In this document: positions 13,899 to 27,724 of the stretch, one piece after another
Numbering within the stretch: the first letter of the stretch is position 1
Layout: each line of letters opens with the position of its first letter
Assembly (NCBI GenBank): GCA_964016885.1
Contig: OZ024760.1
Span: 30,566,001-30,630,000 of the forward strand
Length of the DNA stretch: 64,000 nt
Direction of reading: 5' to 3'
Source: Eledone cirrhosa
Taxonomy: Eukaryota
The notes under the pieces: generated by a model
The model's input: only the letters and a program-made list of their open reading frames with translations
Database searches by the model: none
What the model was told of the DNA's origin: nothing
Position numbers and translations under genes: made by a program

Positions 13899-16800
13899 AT
13901 CCACCGCCAATGTGTAATGTAATGTAATGTAATGTAATGTAATGTAATGTAATGTAATGTAATGTAATGTAATGTAATGTAATGTAATGTGTATTGTAAT
14001 GTAATGTAATGTAATGTAATGTATAATGTAATGTAATGTAACGTAATGTGTAATGTAATGTAATGTAATGTAATATAATGTAATGTAATGTAATGTAATG
14101 TCATGTAATGTAATGTAATGTAATGTAATGTAATGTAATGTAATGTGTAATGTAATGTAATGTAATGTAATGTAATGTGTAATGTCATGTAATGTAATGT
14201 AATGTGTAATGTAATGTAATGTAATGTGTAATGTAAGGTAACGTAATGTAATGTAATGTAATGTGTAATGTAATGTAATGTAATGTGTAATTTAATGTAA
14301 TGTAATGTAATGTAATGTAATGTAACGTAACGTGTAATGTAATGTAATGTAATGTAATGTAATGTAATGTAATGTGTAATGTGTAATGTAATGTAATGTA
14401 ATGTAATGTAATGTAATGTAATGTAATGTGTAATGTAACGTAATGTAATGTAATGTATGGTAATGTAACGTAGTGTAATGTGTAATGAAATGTAATGTAA
14501 TGTAATGTAATGTAATGTAATGTAATCTAATGTAATGTAATGTAATGTAATGTAATGTGTAATGTAACGTAATGTAATGTAATGTAATGTAATGTAATGT
14601 AATGTAATGTGTAATGTAATGTAATATAATATAATATAATATAATATAATATAATATAATATAATATAATATAATATAACATAACATAATATAATATGTA
14701 ATGTAATGTAATGTAATGTAATGTAAAGTGTAATGTAATGTAATGTAATGTAATGTAATGTAATGTAATGTGTAATGTAATGTAATGTAATGTGTAATGT
14801 AATGTAATGTAATGTAATGTAATGTAATGTAATGTAATGTAATGTGTAATGTAATGTAATGTAATGTGTAATGTAATGTAATGTAATGTAATGTAATGTA
14901 ATGTAATATAATGTAATGAGTAATGTAATGTAATGTAATGTAATGTAATGTAATGTAATGTAATGTGTAACATAACGTAATGTAATGTAATGTAATGTAA
15001 TGTAATGTGTAATGTGTGATGTGTAATGTAATGTAATGTAATGTAATGTAATGTGTAATGTAATGTAATGTAACGTAATGTAATGTAATGTAATGTAATG
15101 TGTAATGTAATGTAATGTAATGTAATATAATGTAAAGTGTAATGTATTGTAATGTAATGTAATGTGTAATGTAATGTAATGTAATGTAATGTAATATAAT
15201 GTAATGTAATGTAATGTAATGTAATGTAATGTAGTGTAATATAATGTAATATAATGTAATGTGTAATGCAATGTAATGTAATGTAATGTGTAATGTAATG
15301 TAATGTAATGTAATGTGTAATGTCATGTAATGTAATGTAATGTAATGTGTAATTTAATGTAATGTAATGTATTGTAATGTAATGTAATGTAATGTAATGT
15401 AATGTAATGTAATGTAATGTAATGTAATGTAATGTAATGTAATGTAATGTAATGTAATGTAATGTAATGTAATGTAATGTAATGTAATGTAATGTAATGT
15501 ATGGTAATGTAATGTAATGTAATGTAATGTGATGTAATATAATGTGTAATGTAATGTAATGTAATGTAATGTGTCATGTAATGTAATGTAATATGTAATG
15601 TAATGTAATGTAATGTAATGTGTAATGTAAGGTAACGTAATGTAATGTAATGTAATGTGTAATGTAATGTAATGTAAAGTAATGTGTAATGTAATGTAAT
15701 GTAATGTAATGTAATGTGTAATGTAATGTAATGTAACGTAATGTAATGTAATGTAATGTGTAATGTAATGTAATGTAATGTAATGTAATGTAATGTAATG
15801 TGTAATGTAATGTAATGTGATGTAATGTGTAATGTAATGTAATGTAATGTAATGTAATGTAATATAATGTAATGTAATATAATGTAATGTAATGTGTAAT
15901 GTAATGTAATGTAATGTAATGTGATGTAATATAATGTGTAATGTAATGTAATGTAATGTAATGTGTCATGTAATGTAATGTAATGTGTAATGTAATGTAA
16001 TGTAATGTAATGTGTAATGTAAGGTAACGTAATGTAATGTAATGTGTAATGTAATGTAATGTAAAGTAATGTGTAATGTAATGTAATGTAATGTAATGTA
16101 ATGTAATGTGTAATGTAATGTAATGTAACGTAATGTAATGTAATGTAATGTGTAATGTAATGTAATGTAATGTAATGTAATGTAATGTAATGTGTAATGC
16201 AATGTAATGTAATGTAATGTAACGTAATGTAATGTAATGTAATGTAATGTAATGTAACGTGTAATGTAATGTAATGTAATGTAATGTAATGTGTAATGTA
16301 ATGTGTAATGTAATGTAATGTAATGTAATGTGTAATGTAATGTAATGTAATGTAATGTAATGTAATGTAATGTGTAATGTAATGTAATGTAATGTAATGT
16401 AATGTGTAATGTAATGTAATGTAATGTAATGTAATGTGTAATGTAATGTAATGTAATGTAATGTGTAATGTAATGTAATGTAATGTAATGTGTAATGTCA
16501 TGTAATGTAATGTAATGTGTAATGTAATGTAATGTAATGTCATGTAATGTAATGTGTAATGTAAGGTAATGTAATGTAATGCAATGTAATGTAATGTGTA
16601 ATGTAATGTAATGTAATGTAATGTAATCTAATGTAATGTAATGTATTGTAATGTAATGTGTAATGTAATGTAATGTAATGTAATGTAATGTAATGTAATG
16701 TAATGTAATGTGTAATGTAATGTAATGTAATGTAATGTGTAATTTCATTTAATGTAATGTAATGTAATGTAATGTAATGTAATGTAGGTTAATGTAATGT

Positions 16801-19800
16801 GTAATGTAATGTGTAATGTAATGTAATGTAATGTAATATAATCTAATGTAATGTAATCTAATGTGTAAAGTAATGTAATGTAATATAATGTAATGAGTAA
16901 TGTAATGTAATGTAATGTAATGTAATGTAATGTAATGTAATGTGTAACATAACGTAATGTAATGTAATGTAATGTAATGTAATGTGTAATGTGTGATGTG
17001 TAATGTAATGTAATGTAATGTAATGTAATGTGTAATGTAATGTAATGTAACGTAATGTAATGTAATGTAATGTAATGTGTAATGTAATGTAATGTAATGT
17101 AATATAATGTAAAGTGTAATGTATTGTAATGTAATGTAATGTGTAATGTAATGTAATGTAATGTAATGTAATATAATGTAATGTAATGTAATGTAATGTA
17201 ATGTAGTGTAATATAATGTAATATAATGTAATGTGTAATGTAATGTAATGTAATGTAATGTGTAATGTAATGTAATGTAATGTAATGTGTAATGTCATGT
17301 AATGTAATGTAATGTAATGTGTAATTTAATGTAATGTAATGTATTGTAATGTAATGTAATGTAATGTAATGTAATGTAATGTAATGTAATGTAATGTAAT
17401 GTAATGTAATGTAATGTAATGTAATGTAATGTAATGTAATGTATGGTAATGTAATGTAATGTAATGTAATGTGATGTAATATAATGTGTAATGTAATGTA
17501 ATGTAATGTAATGTGTCATGTAATGTAATGTAATATGTAATGTAATGTAATGTAATGTAATGTGTAATGTAAGGTAACGTAATGTAATGTAATGTAATGT
17601 GTAATGTAATGTAATGTAAAGTAATGTGTAATGTAATGTAATGTAATGTAATGTAATGTGTAATGTAATGTAATGTAACGTAATGTAATGTAATGTAATG
17701 TGTAATGTAATGTAATGTAATGTAATGTAATGTAATGTAATGTGTAATGCAATGTAATGTAATGTAATGTAACGTAATGTAATGTAATGTAATGTAATGT
17801 AATGTAACGTGTAATGTAATGTAATGTAATGTAATGTAATGTGTAATGTAATGTGTAATGTAATGTAATGTAATGTGTAATGTAATGTAATGTAATGTAA
17901 TGTAATGTAATGTAATGTGTAATGTAATGTAATGTAATGTAATGTAATGTGTAATGTAATGTAATGTAATGTAATGTAATGTAATGTGTAATGTAATGTA
18001 ATGCAATGTAATGTGTAATGTAATGTAATGTAATGTAATGTGTAATGTCATGTAATGTAATGTAATGTGTAATGTAATGTAATGTAATGTCATGTAATGT
18101 AATGTGTAATGTAAGGTAATGTAATGTAATGCAATGTAATGTAATGTGTAATGTAATGTAATGTAATGTAATGTAATCTAATGTAATGTAATGTATTGTA
18201 ATGTAATGTGTAATGTAATGTAATGTAATGTAATGTAATGTAATGTAATGTAATGTAATGTAATGTGTAATGTAATGTAATGTAATGTAATGTGTAATTT
18301 CATTTAATGTAATGTAATGTAATGTAATGTAATGTAATATAGTGTAATGTAATGTGTAATGTAATGTGTAATGTAATGTAATGTAATGTAATATAATCTA
18401 ATGTAATGTAATCTAATGTGTAAAGTAATGTAATGTAATATAATGTAATGAGTAATGTAATGTAATGTAATGTAATGTAATGTAATGTGTAACATAACGT
18501 AATGTAATGTAATGTAATGTAATGTAATGTGTAATGTGTAATGTGTAATGTAATGTAATGTAATGTAATGTAATGTGTAATGTAATGTAATGTAACGTAA
18601 TGTAATGTAATGTAATGTAATGTGTAATGTAATGTAATGTAATGTAATATAATGTAAAGTGTAACGTATTGTAATGTAATGTAATGTGTAATGTAATGTA
18701 ATGTAATGTAATGTAATGTAATATAATGTAATGTAATGTAATGTAATGTAATGTAATGTAGTGTAATATAATGTAATATAATGTAATGTGTAATGTAATG
18801 TAATGTAATGTAATGTGTAATGTAATGTAATGTAATGTAATGTGTAATGTCATGTAATGTAATGTAATGTAATGTGTAATTTAATGTAATGTAATGTATT
18901 GTAATGTAATGTAATGTAATGTAATGTAATGTAATGTAATGTAATGTAATGTAATGTAATGTATGGTAATGTAATGTAATGTAATGTAATGTAATGTATG
19001 GTAATGTAATGTAATGTAATGTAATGTGTAATGGAATGTAATGTAATGTAATGTAATGTATTGTAATGTAATGTAATGTGTAATGTAATGTAATGTAATG
19101 TAATGTAATGTAATGTAATGTAATGTAATGTAATGTAATGTAATGTAATGTAATGTAATGTATGGTAATGTAATGTAATGTGTAATGTAAGGTAACGTAA
19201 TGTTATGTAATGTGTAATGTAATGTAATGTAATGTGTAATTTAATGTAATGTAATGTATTGTAATGTAATGTAATGTAATGTAATGTAATGTAATGTAAT
19301 GTAATGTAATGTAATGTAATGTAATGTAATGTAATGTAATGTAATGTAATGTAATGTAATGTAATGTAATGTAATGTAATGTATGGTAATGTAATGTAAT
19401 GTAATGTAATGTGTAATGGAATGTAATGTAATGTAATGTAATGTAATGTAATGTAATGTGTAATATAATGTAATGTAATGTAATGTAATGTAATGTGTAA
19501 TGTAATGTAATGTAATGTAATGTAATATAATATAATATAATATAATATAATATAATATAATATAATATAATATAACATAATATAATATGTAATGTAATGT
19601 AATGTAATGTAATATAATGTAATGTAATGTGTAATGTAATGTAATGTAACGTAATGTAATGTAATGTAATGTAATGTAATGTAATGTGTAATGTAATGTA
19701 ATGTAATGTAATGTGTAATGTAATGTAACGTAATGTAATGTAACGTAATGTAATGTAATGTAACGTAATGTAATGTAATGTAATGTGTAATGTAATGTAA

Positions 19801-20155
19801 TTTAATGTAATGTAATGTAATGTAATGTGTAATGTAACGTAATGTAATGTGTAATGTAATGTAATGTAATGTAATGTAATGTAATGTAATGTAATGTAAT
19901 GTAATGTAACGTAATGTAACGTGTAATTTAATGTAATGTAATGTGTAATGTAATGTAATGTTTAATGTAATGTAATGTAATGTAATGTAATGTGTAATAT
20001 AATGTAATGTAATGTAATGTAATATGTAATGTAATATAATATAATATAATATAATATAATATAATATAATATAATATACTATGTAATGTAATGTAATGTA
20101 ATGTAATGTAAAGTAACGTAATGTTTAATGTAATGTAATGTGTAATGTACTGTAA

Positions 20156-20340
20156 TTTTTTCTACTTTAGGCACAAGGCCAGCAATTACCCAGTGCATTA
20201 CTGGTACTTTATTTTATCGACCCCGTAAGGATGAAAGGCAAAGTCAACCTCGGCGGGATTTGAACTCAGATCGTAAAGGGACATAACTATGCTGGAAAGC
20301 ATGGCGTCCGATCCTCTACCAATAATGCCAATCCACCGCC
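20156..20340 (-). mobile_element. tRNA-derived SINE-like element, full copy 2
   Basis: Identical by eye to copy 1 at an offset of 6432, with the same flanks. Confidence 0.85.
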
Positions 20341-22068
20341 AATGTGTAATGTAATGTAATGTAATGTAATGTAATGTAATGTAATGTAATGTAATGTAAT
20401 GTAATGTGTATTGTAATGTAATGTAATGTAATGTAATGTATAATGTAATGTAATGTAACGTAATGTGTAATGTAATGTAATGTAATGTAATATAATGTAA
20501 TGTAATGTAATGTAATGTCATGTAATGTAATGTAATGTAATGTAATGTAATGTAATGTAATGTGTAATGTAATGTAATGTAATGTAATGTAATGTGTAAT
20601 GTCATGTTAAGTAATGTAATGTGTAATGTAATGTAATGTAATGTGTAATGTAAGGTAACGTAATGTAATGTAATGTAATGTGTAATGTAATGTAATGTAA
20701 TGTGTAATTTAATGTAATGTAATGTAATGTAATGTAATGTAACGTAACGTGTAATGTAATGTAATGTAATGTAATGTAATGTAATGTAATGTGTAATGTG
20801 TAATGTAATGTAATGTAATGTAATGTAATGTAATGTAATGTGTAATGTAACGTAATGTAATGTAATGTATGGTAATGTAACGTAGTGTAATGTGTAATGA
20901 AATGTAATGTAATGTAATGTAATGTAATGTAATGTAATCTAATGTAATGTAATGTAATGTAATGTAATGTGTAATGTAACGTAATGTAATGTAATGTAAT
21001 GTAATGTAATGTAATGTAATGTGTAATGTAATGTAATATAATATAATATAATATAATATAATATAATATAATATAATATAATATAACATAACATAATATA
21101 ATATGTAATGTAATGTAATGTAATGTAATGTAAAGTGTAATGTAATGTAATGTAATGTAATGTAATGTAATGTAATGTGTAATGTAATGTAATGTAATGT
21201 GTAATGTAATGTAATGTAATGTAATGTAATGTAATGTAATGTAATGTAATGTGTAATGTAATGTAATGTAATGTGTAATGTAATGTAATGTAATGTAATG
21301 TAATGGAATGTAATGTAATGGAATGTAATGTAATGTAATGTGTAATGTAATGTAATGTAATGTGTAATGTAATGTAATGTAATGTATAATGTAATGTAAT
21401 GTAATGTAATGTGTAATGTCATGTAATGTAATGTGTAATGTAATGTAATGTAATGTAATGTAATGTAATGTAATGTAATGTAATGTAATGTAATGTATAT
21501 TGTAAGGTAACGTAATGTAATGTAACGTAATGTAATGTGTAATATAATGTAATGTAATGTAATGTGTAATGTAATGTAATGTAAGGTAATGTAATGTGTA
21601 ATGTAATGTAATTTAATGTAATGTAATGTAATGCAATGTGTAAGGTGTAATGTAATGTAATGTAATGTAATATATTGTAATGTGTAATGTAATGTGTAAT
21701 GTAATGTAATGTAATGTAATGTGTAATGTAATGTAATGTAATGTAATGTAATGCAATGTAATGTAATGTAATGTGTAATGTAATGTAATGTAATGTGTAA
21801 TGTAATGTAATATAATATAATATAATATAATATAATATAATATAATATAATATAACATAATATAATATGTAATGTAATGTAATGTAATGTAATGTAATGT
21901 AACGTAATGTAATGTGTAATGTAATGTAATGTATAATGTAATGTAATGTAAAGTAATGTAATGTGTAACCTAATGTAATGTAATGTAATATAATGTAATG
22001 TAATGTAATGTAATGTAATGTGTAATGTGTAATGTAATGTAATGTAATGTAATGTAATGTAACGTGTA

Positions 22069-22146
22069 ATTACTGGTACTTTATTTTATCGACCCCGTAA
22101 GGATGAAAGGCAAAGTCAACCTCGGCGGGATTTGAACTAAGATCGT
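22069..22146 (-). mobile_element. 78-bp internal SINE fragment (B box plus central domain), copy 1
   Basis: ATTACTGGTACTTT...GGATTTGAACTAAGATCGT matches the middle of the full element with one C>A change (22139). It lacks the A box and the tail. Confidence 0.85.
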
Positions 22147-25100
22147 GTAATGTGTAATGTGTAATGTGTAATGTAATGTAATGTAATGTAACGTAATGTA
22201 ATGTGTAATGTAATGTAATGTAATGTAATGTAATGTAATGTAATGTAATGTAATGTAACGTAATGTAATGTGTAATGTAATGTAATGTAATGTAATGTAA
22301 CGTGTAAGTTAATGTAATGTAATGTAATGTAATGTAATGTGTAATGTAATGTAATGTGTAATGTGTAATGTGTAATGTAATGTAATGTAATGTAATGTGT
22401 AATGTAATGTAATATATAATGTAATGTAATGTAATGTAATATAATGTAATGTAATGTAATGTAATGTAATGTAATGTATTGTAATGTGTAATGTAATGTA
22501 ATGTAATATAATGTGTAAGTTAATGTAATGTAATGTAATGTAATGTAATGTAATGTAATGTAATCTAATGTAATGTAATGTGTAATGTAATGTAATGTAA
22601 TGTAATGTAATGTAATGTAATGTAATGTAATGTAATGTAATGTGTAATGTAATGTAATGTAATGTAATGTAATGTAATATGTAATGTAATGTAATGTAAT
22701 GTAATGTAATGTAACGTAATGTGTAATGTAATGTAATGTGTAACGTAATGTAATGTAATGTAATGTGTAATGTCATGTAATGTAATGTAATGTGTAATGT
22801 AATGTAATGTAATGTAATGTAATGTGTAATGTAAGGTGATGTAATGTAATGTAATGCAATGTAATGTAATGTGTAATGTAATGTAATGTAATGTAATCTA
22901 ATGTAATGTAATGTATTGTAATGTAATGTAATGTAATGTAATGTAATGTAATGTAATGTAATGTAATGTAATGTAATGTAATATGTAATTTCATGTAGTT
23001 TAATGTAATGTAATGTAATGTAATGTAATGTGTAATGTATAATGTAATGTAATGTAATGTAAAGTAATGTAATGTAATGTAATGTAATGTAATGTAATGT
23101 GTAATGTAATGTGTAATGTAATGTAATGTAATGTAACGTTTAATGTAACGCAATGTAATGTAATGTAATGTGTAATGTAATGTAATGTAATTTAATGTAA
23201 TGTAATGTAATGTAATGTAATGTGTAATGTGTAATGTAATGTGTAATGTAATGTAATGTAACGTAATGTAATGTAATGTAATATGTAATGTAATGTGTAA
23301 TGTAATGTAATGTAACGTAATGTAATGTAATGTGTAATGTAATGTTATGTAATGTAATGTAATGTAATGTAATGTAATGTAATGTGTAATGTAATGTAAT
23401 GTGTAATGTAATGTAATGTATAATGTAATGTAATGTAATGTAATGTAATGTAATGTAATGTAATGTGTAATGTAACGTAATGTAATGTAATGTAATGTAA
23501 TGTGTAATGTGTAATGTAATGTAATGTAATGTAATGTAATGTAATGTAATGTAATATAATGTAATGTGTAATCTATTGTAATGTAACGTAATGTAATGTA
23601 ATGTAATATGTAATGTAATGTAATGTAATGTGTAATGTAATGTGTAATGTAATGTAATGTAACGTAATGTAATGTAATGTGTAATGTAATGTTATGTAAT
23701 GTAACGTAATGTAATGTAATGTAATGTAATGTAATGTAATGTGTAATGTAATGTAATGTGTAACGTAATGTAATGTATAATGTAATGTAATGTAATGTAA
23801 TGTAATGTAATGTAATGTAATGTGTAACGTAATGTAATGTAATGTAATGTAATGTGTAATGTAACGTAATGCAATGTAATGTAATGTAATGTAATGTGTA
23901 ATGTAATGTAATGTAATGTAATGTAATGTAATGTAATGTGTAATGTAACGTAATGTAATGTAATGTAATGTAATGTGTAATGTAATGTAATGTAATGTAA
24001 TGTAATGTAATGTGTAATGTATTGTAATGTAATGTAATATAATGTAATGTAATGTAATGTATGTGTAATGTAATGTAATGTAATGTAATGTGTAATGTAA
24101 TGTAATGTAATGTAATGTGTAATGTAATGTAATGTAATGTAATGTAATGTAATGTAATGTAATGTGTAATGTAATGTAATGTAATGTAATGTATAATGTA
24201 ATGTTATGTAATGTAATGTAATGTAATGTAATGTAATGTAATGTAATGTAATGTAATGTATAATGTAAGGTAACGTAATGTAATGTAACGTAATGTAATG
24301 TAACGTAATGTAATGTGTAATATAATGTAATGTAATGTAATGTGTAATGTAACGTAATGTAATGTAATGTAATGTGTATTGTAATGTAATGTAATGTAAT
24401 GTAATGTAATGTGTAAGGTGTAATGTAATGTAATGTAATGTAATATAATGTAATGTGTAATGTAATGTAATGTAATGTGTAATGTAATGTAATGTAATGT
24501 GTAATGTAATGTAATGTAATGTAATGTAATGCAATGTAATGTAATGTAATGCAATGTAATGTAATGTAATGTAATGTAATGTAATGTAATGTAATGTGTA
24601 ATGTCATGTAATGTAATGTAATGTAATGTAATGTGTAATGTAAGGTAACGTAATGTAATGTAATGTAATGTGTAATGTAATGTAATGTAATGTAATGTAA
24701 TGTAATGTATAATGTAAGGTAACGTAATGTAATGTAACGTAATGTAATGTGTAATATAATGTAATGTAATGTGTAATGTAACGTAATGTAATGTAATGTA
24801 ATGTAATGTGTATTGTAATGTAATGTAATGTAATGTAATGTAATGTAATGTAATGTAATGTGTAATGTAATGTAATGTAATGTAATGTGAAATATAATGT
24901 AATGTAATGTAATGTAATGTAATGTAACGTAATGTAATGTAATGTGTAATATAATGTAATGTAATGTAATGTAATGTAAAGTAATGTAATGTAATGTAAT
25001 GTAATGTAATGTAATGTAATGTAATGTAATGTAATGTATGGTAATGTAATGTAATGTAATGTAATGTGTAATGGAATGTAATGTAATGTAATGTAATGTA

Positions 25101-25765
25101 ATGTAATGTAATGTGTAATATAATGTAATGTAATGTAATGTAATGTAATGTGTAATGTAATGTAATGTAATATAATATAATATAATATAATATAATATAA
25201 TATAATATAACATAATATAATATGTAATGTAATGTAATGTAATGTAATATAATGTAATGTAATGTGTAATGTAATGTAATGTAACGTAATGTAATGTAAT
25301 GTAATGTAATGTGTAATGTAATGTAATGTAATGTAATGTGTAATGTAATGTAACGTAATGTAATGTAACGTAATGTAATGTAATGTAACGTAATGTAATG
25401 TAATGTAATGTGTAATGTAATGTAATTTAATGTAATGTAATGTAATGTAATGTGTAATGTAACGTAATGTAATGTGTAATGTAATGTAATGTAATGTAAT
25501 GTAATGTAATGTAACGTAATGTAACGTATAATTTAATGTAATGTAATGTGTAATGTAATGTAATGTTTAATGTAATGTAATGTAATGTAATGTAATGTAA
25601 TGTGTAATATAATGTAATGTAATGTAATGTAATATGTAATGTAATATAATATAATATAATATAATATAATATAATATAATATAATATACTATGTAATGTA
25701 ATGTAATGTAATGTAATGTAAAGTAACGTAATGTTTAATGTAATGTAATGTGTAATGTACTGTAA

Positions 25766-25950
25766 TTTTTTCTACTTTAGGCACAAGGCCAGCAATTACC
25801 CAGTGCATTACTGGTACTTTATTTTATCGACCCCGTAAGGATGAAAGGCAAAGTCAACCTCGGCGGGATTTGAACTCAGATCGTAAAGGGACATAACTAT
25901 GCTGGAAAGCATGGCGTCCGATCCTCTACCAATAATGCCAATCCACCGCC
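25766..25950 (-). mobile_element. tRNA-derived SINE-like element, full copy 3
   Basis: Identical by eye to copies 1 and 2; offset 5610 from copy 2. Confidence 0.85.
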
Positions 25951-27646
25951 AATGTGTAATGTAATGTAATGTAATGTAATGTAATGTAATGTAATGTAAT
26001 GTAATGTAATGTAATGTAATGTGTATTGTAATGTAATGTAATGTAATGTAATGTATAATGTAATGTAATGTAACGTAATGTGTAATGTAATGTAATGTAA
26101 TGTAATATAATGTAATGTAATGTAATGTAATGTAATGTCATGTAATGTAATGTAATGTAATGTAATGTAATGTAATGTGTAATGTAATGTAATGTAATGT
26201 AATGTAATGTGTAATGCCATGTAATGTAATGTAATGTGTAATGTAATGTAATGTAATGTGTAATGTAAGGTAACGTAATGTAATGTAATGTAATGTGTAA
26301 TGTAATGTAATGTAATGTGTAATTTAATGTAATGTAATGTAATGTAATGTAACGTAACGTGTAATGTAATGTAATGTAATGTAATGTAATGTAATGTAAT
26401 GTGTAATGTGTAATGTAATGTAATGTAATGTAATGTAATGTAATGTAATGTGTAATGTAACGTAATGTAATGTAATGTAATGTAATGTAATGTATGGTAA
26501 TGTAACGTAGTGTAATGTGTAATGAAATGTAATGTAATGTAATGTAATGTAATGTAATGTAATCTAATGTAATGTAATGTAATGTAATGTAATGTGTAAT
26601 GTAATGTAATGTAATGTAATGTAATGTAATGTAATGTAATGTAATGTGTAATGTAATGTAATATAATATAATATAATATAATATAATATAATATAATATA
26701 ATATAATATAATATAATATAACATAACATAATATAATATGTAATGTAATGTAATGTAATGTAATGTAAAGTGTAATGTAATGTAATGTAATGTAATGTAA
26801 TGTAATGTAATGTGTAATGTAATGTAATGTAATGTGTAATGTAATGTAATGTAATGTAATGTAATGTAATGTAATGTAATGTGTAATGTAATGTAATGTA
26901 ATGTGTAATGTAATGTAATGTAATGTAATGTAATGGAATGTAATGTAATGGAATGTAATGTAATGTAATGTGTAATGTAATGTAATGTAATGTGTAATGT
27001 AATGTAATGTAATGTATAATGTAATGTAATGTAATGTAATGTGTAATGTCATGTAATGTAATGTGTAATGTAATGTAATGTAATGTAATGTAATGTAATG
27101 TAATGTAATGTAATGTAATGTAATGTATATTGTAAGGTAACGTAATGTAATGTAACGTAATGTAATGTGTAATATAATGTAATGTAATGTAATGTGTAAT
27201 GTAATGTAATGTAAGGTAATGTAATGTGTAATGTAATGTAATTTAATGTAATGTAATGTAATGCAATGTGTAAGGTGTAATGTAATGTAATGTAATGTAA
27301 TATATTGTAATGTGTAATGTAATGTGTAATGTAATGTAATGTAATGTAATGTGTAATGTAATGTAATGTAATGTGTAATGTAATGTAATATAATATAATA
27401 TAATATAATATAATATAATATAATATAATATAACATAATATAATATGTAATGTAATGTAATGTAATGTAATGTAATGTAACGTAATGTAATGTGTAATGT
27501 AATGTAATGTATAATGTAATGTAATGTAAAGTAATGTAATGTGTAACCTAATGTAATGTAATGTAATATAATGTAATGTAATGTAATGTAATGTAATGTG
27601 TAATGTGTAATGTAATGTAATGTAATGTAATGTAATGTAACGTGTA

Positions 27647-27724
27647 ATTACTGGTACTTTATTTTATCGACCCCGTAAGGATGAAAGGCAAAGTCAACCT
27701 CGGCGGGATTTGAACTAAGATCGT
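27647..27724 (-). mobile_element. 78-bp internal SINE fragment, copy 2
   Basis: Identical to 22069-22146, with the same junctions. Confidence 0.85.

Larger units (their letters stand above)
13724..13908 (-). mobile_element. tRNA-derived SINE-like element, full copy 1 (185 bp)
   Basis: Minus strand reads GGCGGTGGAT-TGGCATTATTGG (A-box-like)...AGTTCAAATCC (B box)-CGCCGAGGTTGACTTTGCCTTTCATCCTTACGGGGTCGATAAAATAAAGTACCAG...GGCCTTGTGCCTAAAGTAGAAAAAA. It has a tRNA-like head, a central domain and a short A tail. Resemblance to octopus SINEs is from recall, not a search. Confidence 0.85.
8500..21300. repeat. Tandem duplication of an approximately 6.4 kb block containing one full SINE
   Basis: Marker offsets: GAGT 8521/14918 (6397); TTTCAT 10321/16748 (6427) and 11871/18303 (6432); SINE 13724/20156 (6432). 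The offsets differ by multiples of 5. Boundaries are approximate. Confidence 0.9.

Noticed and set aside
13815-13908. Functional tRNA gene
   Set aside because: It has A/B boxes and GGCGG/CCGCC complementarity, but I could not fold convincing T and anticodon stems. It continues into a SINE-type body with no terminator.
13766-15271. ORFs ending in non-repetitive peptides (WRWIGIIGRGSDAMLSS..., IGGGLALLVEDRTPCFPA)
   Set aside because: These are satellite ORFs reading through into the SINE, in different frames in different copies, so there is no conserved protein.
20601-20615. Singleton variants such as GTCATGTTAAGT
   Set aside because: They are absent from paralogous blocks and cannot be distinguished from point mutation or consensus error.
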